A stretch of DNA of 51,253 bases from Candidatus Bathyarchaeota archaeon (GTDB taxonomy: Archaea; Thermoproteota; Bathyarchaeia; Bathyarchaeales; Bathycorpusculaceae). Below the pieces are notes generated by a model. That model was not told where the DNA came from and made no database searches. It saw nothing but the letters and a program-made list of their open reading frames with translations. Positions 38,879-49,796 of the stretch are shown one piece after another (position 1 is the first letter of the stretch; every line of letters starts with the position of its first letter). The stretch is from contig CAVRFW010000011.1 in the NCBI GenBank assembly GCA_963720565.1, forward strand, positions 1 through 51,253, given 5' to 3'. The translations under genes and the position numbers were made by a program.

Positions 38879-39634
38879 CTATTCTCTGAATAGGGACATG
38901 GTTGGGAAGATTTCGATTCCACTTTTGTCTATGGTGTATGGCACAAGGTTTGTGTTGATGCTAACTCCTCTCATCTTAACTACTTGCAAACCTCTTGTTG
39001 TGGTTCCACCTGAATAAAGCGTCTGCATCATGATTACGCCGTGGACCATGAATTCCTCATCCAGTATTTTGCGTTCGAGACCTAATTGTCCGAGTTCTGT
39101 AGTGACTATGGTGGTTATTCCCAAGTCCGAGAATGCCTCTATTAGGTCAACACCTGCTGTTCTTCTTTCTATTGGGTCTGTGAACCGGTAGAATAGTGAT
39201 GCTAGCGTGTCCATCACAACTCTTTCTGCGTGTATTTGCTTGATTTTGGTTTGAAGTTCTTCAATTAGTCTGTCGATCTGCAGTTGTTTTCCTCTCAGGC
39301 TGCCGCTTTCTTCTTTCAGCATTTTTTCTTTTAGTATTGCCACTCTGGACACTCTTGTTGCGTCTATGAAAGCGAATTTATTTTCTTCCTCTGCTTTCTT
39401 GAAGTCCCATCCGAACTTTATCATTTCCGAGTAAAAGTGATCTTTGTTTTCGTCTAAACTAACCATGATTCCGTGTTCGTTGTAGTCCGCGAGGCCTTTG
39501 TATAGGAATTGGGATGCTAGGATTGTTTTTCCAGCTCCTGGTCCTCCAATGACCAAGATTACTCGTCCCCTAGGCAATCCGCCACTTACCATCTCGTCCA
39601 ATCCCGTGACTCCGGTTGAAACGATTTCTGACAA
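38879..39634 (-). CDS. Single-domain KaiC/RAD55-like ATPase
   Basis: STG..GLD....GGLP, GGPGAGKT, R.LQVVKMRG. Confidence 0.92.
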   Translation of the reverse strand: MSEIVSTGVTGLDEMVSGGLPRGRVILVIGGPGAGKTILASQFLYKGLADYNEHGIMVSLDENKDHFYSEMIKFGWDFKKAEEENKFAFIDATRVSRVAILKEKMLKEESGSLRGKQLQIDRLIEELQTKIKQIHAERVVMDTLASLFYRFTDPIERRTAGVDLIEAFSDLGITTIVTTELGQLGLERKILDEEFMVHGVIMMQTLYSGGTTTRGLQVVKMRGVSINTNLVPYTIDKSGIEIFPTMSLFRE

Positions 39635-40137
39635 GCTATTCTCACCTTGAAATGTTAAGAGCTCTAGAATGGTATTTATAACTTGTGCAGTTGCGTTTCA
39701 CTGGGGTAATTGAGCCATTCTTGCTTGCCAAGTGTGAAACTGAAGAGATGCGTGCACGAAGCTGACCTCTATTTCAAGCCAGATTTCGAAACGACCTCAG
39801 ACCCATGCATCAAACATAACCTGGCACGTTTCCAGATTTGAAATCCAAAGGCTTCATGAAGCTCGCGGTAACTAATTTAGAAATGAAACCTTCGGAGGAA
39901 GTCCAACACGTCTTAGGCTTGGTTGGAGGAGAAATCAGAATATTCGAAAAAGGGACAACGTAGGGCTTGGAAAAAATCGACAGAAACAGAAAGCTGTGCA
40001 ATAAGCGGTGCATAGAAAACGAGGTTGAACTCACAAGAGAAAAACTTGAGTGCTAATCCATACTGCGAGAACGCAGTTAAATGAGGCTCCACCTGATTTT
40101 CGGGGAAAGAGCTCCCGACAACTATTATTCTTGATTA

Positions 40138-40686
40138 TTATGATCTATGAATAGGCACAAACTTTCTTTTGGCCTCATTGAGTGAAGCAATATTTATGGA
40201 TAAAACTTCCTGCAGATTCTTATTGAACATGTTTTTGTATTTGATGGCTACAGTCACATTGCCCCCTAGCTCCTCTGGTTCCCCGTTCCAAATTTGAACT
40301 CTTTCGCTCGTTCCAATTGAACTAGTATAAAACAAACTTGACTTACCTTTCAGGGTAATGTCTATTTCAACATCTCGGGCAACCGTACCGCCGTTAACAA
40401 GATTTAGACAGTTGAAACCAACAATTTCTCCAGCTTGGTTATATTCAAAAAATGATGGCTCAAGGGACAGATGCGGCCTAACAATCTCACCTCTTACTTT
40501 TTTCGACTCCGTCATGTTAATGAAAGCGACTATTGCCAAGGATATTGTGGCAATACCGTTAATTATTGATAGAATTGTTGCTTCGCTCATCGCAGCGCGA
40601 GTAATAAAGTAGAGTGCTACGCCTAGAAGTGTAATGGCTACAACTAATGCGATAATGGCATAAATCCTAGTTTTGGAGAGCGACAT
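40138..40686 (-). CDS. Membrane-anchored hypothetical protein
   Basis: Two N-terminal TM helices followed by a beta-rich domain. Confidence 0.75.
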   Translation of the reverse strand: MSLSKTRIYAIIALVVAITLLGVALYFITRAAMSEATILSIINGIATISLAIVAFINMTESKKVRGEIVRPHLSLEPSFFEYNQAGEIVGFNCLNLVNGGTVARDVEIDITLKGKSSLFYTSSIGTSERVQIWNGEPEELGGNVTVAIKYKNMFNKNLQEVLSINIASLNEAKRKFVPIHRS

Positions 40687-40791
40687 AGACCACTATTTAG
40701 AGAATTTGGCTAATTAACTCTTCCCTTTAATCCTTTTTAGACACCAATTCCTATTCAGAAGACGTACTTTTAAGAGCCGATGTCGTGTTCA

Positions 40792-41786
40792 TTATATTCT
40801 GAAATACGATTTCAAGGCATCCATGTCCAAAGTACCGGCTCGAAAGTTCTTTCCAGTTTTAAGATTTGTAACAGCTACTATAGCTGGTGACAAAGTTTTG
40901 TTGTCGAGCGTATCTAGATCGACTCCTATGTCTTTGATGATATCTGAATAGAGTGGATTTCTAGCTGCCTAGTTCTCTGGCTTCCTGAACCATTTTGGAT
41001 GAGGAGACTGGGACCATCGCCACCCATTTGCCCAGTTGCTCGTCGTTGTCGTAACTCACCATGTAGTTCGCTGTACCCCCGCAGGCAACAGCGACATTCT
41101 CTCTGGTCATGCCTTCTTCAGGAGTCGAAGGGACTAATCCAATTGGCGCGCACCCCCAGGCATGTCTAACCAACCATGGGTTTAGACCAAACGTCATAAG
41201 GTTGAATAGCCCAGCTTCTACAGTCCTCGCTGAAGACTGAATTACCCCCACTATGCTCATCGACGAGAAATGAATTATGTAAAGGTTGTTGGCTGCAACC
41301 TTACATTTATTTGCAACGTGTTGAATCAAGTCTTCGGATGGCTTCGTTTCAGTTCTGAGCACCAATACTGCAACGTTTGACTCTTCTTTGTACCCAATTT
41401 TTTCAAAGAGACTCTGCGGCTCAAGAGCTAATGCTCGAGCTGGACCTGAAGCAACTGCGGAGAAATTGCCAATTCTGATTGGCCACCCGTTCAACTGGGA
41501 GGCTAAAGTTGAGATTGTTGGATGATCGGTATGCACAAAAACAGACGATAAGAGCAGATCTGAGTATTGCAATGGGAGAACTTTTGCCGTGCCGTATCCA
41601 CCCAGAGCATATTTCAGTAACAATCTCCCCCGCAAGAAATCCCCCTTCTGCTTTAAGGCCAGCATCTATCAAAGTTGCTCCTGATTCTGATTTTCCAACT
41701 ACTACGTTATACACGTCAGCTTCTTTCACAAACTTATTTACCAAATTCAAAGCCGAATTGTTCAAGCTGACTCTCGAAACCGACAT
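40792..41786 (-). CDS. mch: Divergent methenyl-H4MPT cyclohydrolase homologue (two apparent frameshifts)
   Basis: SLN, GAT.IDAG...GG..AG...EIC.G, TDHP...L.SQ..GW, SGPARAL; C-terminal SPA.V.V.N..TG..F.AG in another frame, ending at TAA 40792. Confidence 0.75.
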
Positions 41787-41914
41787 TCTCTACACTCAAT
41801 CCAACTGATAATCAAACAAGGTCAATATAGGGGCATAAGTCTTTCGACATGACGGGGACAAATGACTTATGGCTCCAGTAGTGTTTATGCCCAAACTCAC
41901 CGCTAACGGGCATT

Positions 41915-42781
41915 CTATTCAAAGCTTTCTCCATAAACGTCCTTGAGTTTCTTGTAAGTGTTGGCACATTCTGGTTTGTCAAAAAAGTGTCTTTCGCCCC
42001 TTGACTGACTCCACGTGTGGCTCCCACTCAATTAGCGCTGAGCACATTTCACATCTAAGTTGGTTTTCGCTTCTAAGTTCGATTCCGCTGTTAGTTATCT
42101 CGAAGGGTGTCCATGTGGTTTTGTGTCTAGCACCTTTGAGCGAAAAAATCCTGAAAAGCCTTGTGATTTGCCTGTTTGATTCGTCTTCCTTCATCTCAAA
42201 GATGCCGTCAAACATAAGCCGAAAGTGACTAATTAATTGGGGATCATGAGCCTCAGGTACAGCTATGAATATAGCGTTGCCGTTTGAAGTTCGGACTTTG
42301 GCAACTAGTATTTGCAGGAAGCGCACAACTTCCAGTAGGTTGTGTTCGCAGATTGAAGTTAACCCGGTTATGGAATCTAGAACTAATCGAATGTCTCTTA
42401 AGCTCGTCTCTGGCATTGTCAATCACCTTCAATACACTTAGCAAGTCGGATGGGTTCTTTACTACATACTTGTTCCAAGGGGTTTTTTCAAGTTTCCAAG
42501 AGTAGCAATCGACAACTCTGAATGTGCCTTTGGAAGCAAACGGCTCGACGTCGAATCCGAAATTCTTCATGGATTTGGAGATTTCTTCAGCAGGTTCTTC
42601 CGTGGAAACATAAATGCACGGTTCACCCTTCAACAAACCGTTGTAGATGAATTGTTTAGAGAAAATGGTCTTTCCAATTCCTGTTGGACCCATTAAAAGC
42701 ATTGAGACGCGCGGGAAAGCTTCCTTCAACGAGTTTTGATGAGCCGGGAAAAATCTCCGTGGGCTTCACTGACCTAGTCAC
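41915..42781 (-). CDS. KaiC/RAD55-like ATPase with C-terminal TRASH/YHS-like metal-binding domain (frameshifted)
   Basis: GPTGIGKT, VVDCYSW, LDSITGL, FDGIFEM; tail CEMC...V.G...F...EC..TYKKLK.VYG pieced from several frames. Confidence 0.75.
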
Positions 42782-43624
42782 TCCAGACTGCTGATTTTTT
42801 CTGCCTAACGCAACGAGCTTTTTTGAGAATGGGTGATCTGGCTTTTTGATAGCGAAGAGGAACTCGTGTCTGTTAAATTGTATGTCGCAGAAGCAAGGTA
42901 TGGATCCAACAATTCTTGTTCCTATGCTTTTTTCCAACTCCAGCTCAAATTCTCTCTCATCTGCCTGTGAATTCAGTTCATCTATTGGGGATGCTCCCGA
43001 TATCTTGTTCAGTATTATGTAGTATTTCGATCCGAACTTTGTTAATGAATCATAGATGTCATTCGTCATCTTCCTCGTACCTTCAATATCCATGTCGCTG
43101 TTCTTCATTACTAAGAAAATTGTGTCAGCCACTGCCAACGTGTTTATGGACCAGTATCTAATCCCAGGGCTTGTGTCAAGAAAGAGATAATCAATTCCAT
43201 ATTCCTCGAATAGCTGGTTCTTAGCCAGCAGAAACCTGCGAATGGCGGCAAGCTGCCATTTCTGGTCGTGCTTAAGCTCGATTTCGGCTATGTCTTCCTT
43301 TCCAGGGCTGGAAAAACCTACAAAGAGTTTTCCGTTTAAGCCTAGTTCGGAGCTCACATCTACCAGTAACTTGGAGATATCGGTTTTTCCTTTTGAAGAA
43401 TTCTCCCCTTTGAGTAAGTCATTCAGGTACGCAGTTGGTTGTTTTCGAAAGTACATGGACAGACTGGGAGCTATAAATCGAAATCCAACTAACAAACCCT
43501 CAAACCGCTCTTGGCGTAGTAAGCTGCAAGATTAGCTATCAGAGTTGTCTTTCCAGTTCCGCCTTTGTATGAATGAAGGGCGATGGTTCTCCCTTGAGAA
43601 GGTTTTTTTCGGTAGACGTGACAT
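42775..43624 (-). CDS. MinD/ParA-family ATPase (frameshifted; ends approximate)
   Basis: TIALHSYKGGTG(K)TT.IANLA deviant Walker A near 43590-43520; LDTSPG; ILNK. Confidence 0.8.
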
Positions 43625-43834
43625 AGGTATGGCCATAGATGATAATGTGAAGAGACAGATATTACTTTTTTTTCTGATCACCCCCTCTTTTTTCTTTGCT
43701 TCTTCACACTGGCTTGTTATGTTCTATTTGATACTGAAGGGCAGCTTCGAGACGCCAGCAAACGAGACAAAGGACTTTATTGCCGAAAATATCACATTAT
43801 CTAGTGTCTGGATCAGAGGACACTATAGGTTTTT

Positions 43835-45109
43835 TTATGCGCTTTGCTCTGTTTGTTTTGATTCTTTCACGAGTTTGCCGACTTTTTCAATATGTTCTCT
43901 CAACTTTCTAGCATGTATCTTTGAAAAAGGTAGCGTCTCAGATGCACCGTATCACAGGAATGACTGAAACAAGAAGTGCTATACTCAGGAATGAGGAGAT
44001 GGTATTGGCAGGACAGGTGTAGTTCTTTTCCCCTCTTGTACAATTGAAAAAACTGTAAACATAAACAGTGGAATGACAATTCCCCAACAGCGTAAGACCT
44101 CTGTTTGGATCCAAATGGTGATGCTGATAAATCGCCGAGAACGACTTGCATATAAACTACTGCAACTAAACCCCATGCAATGCCCTCAACTGCCATAGAA
44201 ATGAAATAGGTTTCGGGGGAGGCAACCAAACCAAATAAAGCGTAGGTTACACCTGGCGTTCCTAGACCTATTAGTATTGGCCATTTTCGCCAAAGTAATC
44301 AGCCATAAATCCTCTATTAATGCGGTAATAATCGTACCTAAGTATTCAAACACTCGACCCATATCATCACGTATCTTCAAATTCGCTTGAGAAACTTCCA
44401 AAGAAGAAGTACACCATTTCCTAGATGGAACATAACCAAGGGAAAAAGATAGTAAGCAAAGTCTCTTGAAGTTATCATGGTGATCCATGGTTTTATTGGA
44501 CCCCTGCTCTCTCTCGAACAAGGGTCTATAATGAGAGCCAAAAAAGTTGCCGCTTTCAGAGCCACGCATACGAAAACAAGTTCTAATAGCCCGAATGCCT
44601 AGAATCTGGGATACAAGCAAGATTAGCACTACTAATGCGAAAGTTGTAAAGCACACTATCCCTGCGATTCTGCCTCTCTCTTCGATAATTGTGGATTCTG
44701 TGAGGAAAGCTTGGCAGGTTGGAATACCTAGACCAGAAGGATATTCCCAACGATGTCACTCGAGAGCATAGAGAATTCCAATCCACTAAAAAAACTAGGG
44801 AGGCAGTGGTTCGAGAGACCGAGGGCACTAGCCAAAACAGCAGAAATTTCCTGCGTTGAACTTTTTCGCTAATCAAACTTCCGATTATCCAGAAACAACT
44901 GCAAGACTGTAGAATATAGCATTTTTCCTAAGAAAGTGTAAGTTAGGTCGATTTCGGGGCTCCTCAACAACATATCGAGAAGATAAGAGTGAAAGATATA
45001 AAACCATATAAGATTGTTGGCAAACAAAAGTGTTACAGTCATAAACTTTCTAAATGAGATTTTAATGTCTTTTGTTGAAGAATCCCAAGGCAAAGCGGCT
45101 GTTCACCAT
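43835..45109 (-). CDS. MFS-type transporter (many frameshifts)
   Basis: Hydrophobic fragments ISEKVQRRKFL..W, ER.R, G.AWGLV.VVY..V.GD.S; charged tail RKLREHIEKVGKLVKESK. Confidence 0.7.
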
Positions 45110-45185
45110 AAATCTAAAATACCAGTGGAGTTCAAATAAAAAACTTGCCCTGATCTTGAGGGCAGAAATAACAGAATAGAATGAG

Positions 45186-45416
45186 ATGAATCTAATGAGC
45201 AAAGAGAGTTTAATGGAAATAGAAAATGTACGTGTTCGATCTGACGCAATCTGCAGTGCTCTACTAATGCCGGATAACTTCAGAGTTCTCGTACAGGCGA
45301 AGAAAAACCATGACTATTGTGCCATTCAAGGAATATTCGAAAAGTGCGGAGTACCTAGGGATCAATGGCAATACTTGATGGATGAGATATTCCATTGTCC
45401 AAGGGCACCTTGGTGA
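45186..45416 (+). CDS. 76-aa peptide ending in Trp; candidate modified-peptide precursor
   Basis: Intact ORF filling the gap between the MFS gene (divergent) and the prenyltransferase (convergent, stops 9 nt apart); ends EIFHCPRAPW. Confidence 0.65.
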   Translation: MNLMSKESLMEIENVRVRSDAICSALLMPDNFRVLVQAKKNHDYCAIQGIFEKCGVPRDQWQYLMDEIFHCPRAPW

Positions 45417-45425
45417 ATGATCCAT

Positions 45426-46493
45426 TCAACTCGCAAGTGCCTCAGTATAACGAACTTCTTCCAAATGCGCGTTCTCCAAATAATCGAGTGGAGCTTTTAT
45501 CATTTGAAAGAAGCATTACGAGCTAGCTCGGCTTGATTGGTTACTCTAGTCTCTTTTGCAGCCTCCTCGATTGCGTTCTGCTTTGCTAAGTCTGTGCACG
45601 TAAGGAGGTGATAGCTTTAGTTTTCCAACAGATCTTGGTGAGATCAAAAACATAAGGAGCAAACGGTTCCTTCTGAATAATTGATTTGACTCTCGAAGAA
45701 TGAGGCTGATGAGGATTTAGCTGCATATAGAATAGGCAAGGGCACGCTCTCAAACTCCATTCTGTGAGGAAGACTCCCTTCCTCGTTAAGAGAATCTCTT
45801 ACCTCCTCTTCCAAATGGATTATGAAGCTGAGTCGTCTTCCAAATTCGGCGAGAGCGTTAATTTCTTTGTTCGATCCGCCGCCGAGAATTGCTCCGATGC
45901 CGGCGCAAACTTCTCCATCCGACGTCAATTTCCGATGAGCTTGGCATCCTAGTCGTCAACTTCTGTTTCAAGAGTTGTGCCTGCATGCAATATCGGTTAC
46001 CTCTCCTTCATAGATATCGAAAAGATACTTCTTGAGGGCTTCCAGAATAGCCACGTTCTTCTGGAGAACGGCTTTTCCTCAGGATTTCCCCATTTCAAGC
46101 AAGCCCTTGATCAGCAGCAGATCTCCCACAAGTAATGCGTTATCTATTTCGTGAAGTCCGAGAATTGTCTCTCTGAAATGCTTGTTCTGTGATTTGTCGA
46201 TGATGTCATCGTGAATTCCCATGCCTGCTGCTGTCAAGGTAATCATAAGACCTGCCTCCTTGGCCATCGAGACTCTGCCGCCGACAGCTTCGCATGAATA
46301 AACTGTCAAGCGGGCCTATGCGTATCTTCCCAGTATGCCTTAACATCCTCCAATATTGCGATCACCTCGGATTTTCTATATCAGAAATAGCTACCTGCCT
46401 AAACTTCTTAAGAACCAGCTGACTTTTTTTCTCTAACATTGCCGCTATCTTTTTGCTGTTTGGATCGACATCCTTCAGCATTTTCTCACTCAT
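45426..46493 (-). CDS. Polyprenyl-synthase-fold (class I terpene synthase fold) protein with atypical motifs (frameshifted)
   Basis: SCEAVGG, IHDDIID, ALLVGDLL, IGAILGGG, L.EFGR.L, second motif EEVRD, LPILYA. Confidence 0.8.
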
Positions 46494-46753
46494 CTGATAT
46501 ATGCTTCTTTATGTTACTTTAAACTCATTCTCCATTATCAATAGTGCAACTACATTGCGTAGCATGAGCAAAAATCCACAGAGACAACTTCAGTTTGGAT
46601 AGCAGTTTTTCCGCAGAGAAATTGGTCTGCCAAAATGTTAAAAACACGCCTATCGTATTAGTAAATTCAGGAAATTATCCGGGGAGTCGAGTTTAGTCCC
46701 TCAGGAGAACTCTGTTTTAGCCTCAAGGACAAATATCGTAGGATTGAAGAATA

Positions 46754-49442
46754 ATGAGCAGAGAAAGATTTGAATTGGAAAGAATATCCTGAGCAAATAA
46801 AGATAGGCAAATTAATAGTGAAAAAATCACCGAAAGAACTTTTCTGAAACTGCGCCCATCGCTCAGGACAAGATGGTAGGTTTTCTTGATGAATACAGGG
46901 AGCTCATCAAGTGGGAATTCAAGCCGACTGACACAGAGAGCGTGCGCAGAAGAAATTCAATACGTTCTCCCTACTAAGCAAATGGGTAACTCGTGCCGAT
47001 GGCACTGAGGAGACGGTAGACCAGTTAGTTCAAAAACTTCAAGATTGACCATACGGTAGATTTTTCGTGCCCAGTACTCTCCGCGAAGATCATAAGATAC
47101 CCAAATGGTTTTGCATTCGAAGATTTGATGATCGTCACATTCGACGAGAAGACTGACCCAATAAAGCTTGAGACTCTGTTTCAGGAATTAAAGGTAGAGA
47201 AGATTAGAAAACTGAGCCGAAAAGAATGATGCTTCTGCGTGTTCTGGATCCGAGCAAGCGGGTATATGAAGTTGTTAACGAACTGAATGACGAACCTAGT
47301 ATCATAAAGCACGCCAGCGTCGACTCGATTCAGTTCACGATTCACTTTGCTTCACGCCAAACGCTCAGTATTTCTCTAAACAATGGAATCTCTGTAACAC
47401 GGGGCAACTGATGCCGGATTGGCAACCTAACAGCCCACAGCGCCACGGCACACCGAACTGTGATATTAAAGCAAAAGATGCATGCGGACATATCGACAGG
47501 AAGTCCGTTAGTGGTAATAGCTATTATTGACTACGGTTGCGATATGAAACATCCTGATCTGAAGTCACAGTATGTGCAGAGCAGCAGATGGTATGACGCT
47601 GTTACGGGTAGTCAAGGCACTTTTCCGAGGACAAAGACGGGCATGGAACCGTCGTCGCGGGAATTGCCTCAGATCTAACTCATTCTTCGAGCTGTCCCGG
47701 AATCGCCGGTGTTGGTTTGCGTTGCGCATATTGCCTGTTAGAATATACGGTGACATCCTTGATTTTGCTTCACGAGCAATCAAATTGCACAGAATTGTTG
47801 ATGCCCTCCAATACTGCGCGTTTGTTGATCAACACGTGGATGTCATAAACATGAGCTTTACCTACGATTTGAATGAAGAAGATCCACGTGACAGAACTAA
47901 ACGCCTCCTTAGCGGACTGCTTTCAGGCGGGTATTGTCATGTTTGCTGCAGCGGGCAATCGAGCAGACAGCCACCCAGGAATTAGCTTTCCAGCGAACAA
48001 TCAGCATGTTATTGCAGTGGGTGCAACCAACGAGAACGATGGAGATGCACCCATCCGCTTGACTGGGACCGATGTGTTTCTGATTGTGGAGGGAGCGAAT
48101 GCGGAAATGAGCTGAGCGTGGTTGCTCCTGGCGTGCATATTTGGGGAACGGACCTGACGGGTACAGACGTCCCTCCGCTTCCTACTAATTACAAGGCAGG
48201 CTCGAACGAATACCTTGACTTCTTGATACTGATGGTTTGAGAAATGGTGCATGCGGTGACCCGAATGGTGACTACTATAATGACTTCTTTGGTACATCGG
48301 CAGCCACCCCGCATGCCGCAGGACTTGCAGGTCTTATTGCTGGCTTATGACCCCGGACTTGCACCGGCAGAGATTAAGACGATTATAGAAGATACAGCTG
48401 AAAAAGTGGGTAATGCTGGAGACGTTTCGACCCATGCCAAGCATTTTGAACAAGTTTATGGGTCATGGGCGCATAAATGCCTATGCAGCTTTGGACTTTG
48501 TTAAGAGTAAATGTGAGGCTGAGCCAACAGAAGTCTACATTCGCGATTCGCTAGGAGATGATGGGACTGAACCTTACACAGGCTCGCCGCTCTGCTACAG
48601 CCCAGATCTTATCGTCCGACAGTCAAAGGAGAATGACCCTCAAACAGCCTTTGGAGACAAAACTGTTGACCCAGGGAGCGATAAGATTACTATTCGACAA
48701 AAAAATTACATCTACGTCCGCGTGCACAACAAGGGAACAGTCAGAGTCTGACGTCCATGTGCGCATATATTTTGCGGATCTCAGTACAGCCTGTGCCCCA
48801 GATACATGGCAGTACTTAGATCAATATGATTTCTACGAAATTGACACTAACAAAACCGCTGTGTCTAGTTCTGCAATAGTCTGGAACATTCCCCAATCCA
48901 GGTCAGGTAGGCATTCTGCATTATTGCTTGGATAGAAGGAACGCGAGATCCTCATCCAGATCCGCTTACCGTCACTAACAGTCTGCAATATGTGGATTTC
49001 ATTCGTAATCACAATAACATCTGCTACCGAAACGTCGTCCTCGAGGAAGTAGGGGCGGGGCAGTCCTCCCAGTAAACTTCTTCATGTCCAGCTTCAAAGA
49101 TGATGCGGAGAAGTTTGGACTGAGAATAGTAAGAAAAGGCGCGGGAGTCAAACTGGATATTAAAGTAAAGCTTCCGAGACACATGCTCAAACAAGACATT
49201 TAGAGGTGAAAACGCAGATTGAGCGTAGAGTGAATCAACCGGTAACTTCCGAGTGTTTTGGGCTATTGGAAAAACTAAGACAACAATTGGTGGGCTCAAG
49301 GTTATAGGCAGCCCCAGCTTGTCTGAGCTGAGAGTCAAGGTACCTATGACCGCAAAGCCAGGCAAGATTTATCAATTCTCAGTGCAACAAATCTCGAAAA
49401 GAAAAATCCTAGGCGATTTTCAAGTAATGTGAAAATAGATAA
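46754..49442 (+). CDS. Subtilisin-like S8 serine peptidase with pro-region and C-terminal beta-sandwich extension (many frameshifts; ends approximate)
   Basis: VVIAIIDYG, GHGTVVAGIA (about 47640), AAAGN, FFGTSAATPHAAG (about 48285), G.GRINA, VYIRDS..D.G.EP...SPDL.VR. Confidence 0.8.
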
Positions 49443-49796
49443 CCTTCACAAATTGGGTACGCTGCCCTCAGAAGGCAAATCACGCGGCATAAGGCGCATT
49501 GAAAACTTGAAGGAGATCTATAGCCGACTAATCGTGCGCGCCACTTTGCGAAAATGCTGGACCAGGTTCAGTTATCAGTCAGCATGAGAGTTTTTGAATC
49601 GAGATAAATAAATTAAAAAGAAGCTTCAAAGGATTGCAGGTTATCTTCACATCTAAGTTGTTCTTTTCTTATAGCTTTTTAGATCTCTTTGGGCATTAGC
49701 GCGCGTGAAACTTCGTTATTTCACCATAATTCTCATGCTTCACTATCGACGGTGCATTACAGATAAAGCTTATGAAGATACGGAGCCAATCACTCT

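Noticed and set aside
39700..40060. Fragmentary ORFs between the KaiC gene and the membrane protein gene
   Set aside because: No consistent frame or recognisable family on either strand.
40792..41786. Taking mch as evidence of methanogenesis
   Set aside because: Mch also serves the archaeal Wood-Ljungdahl pathway, this copy is divergent, and no mcr/mtr genes are in the window.
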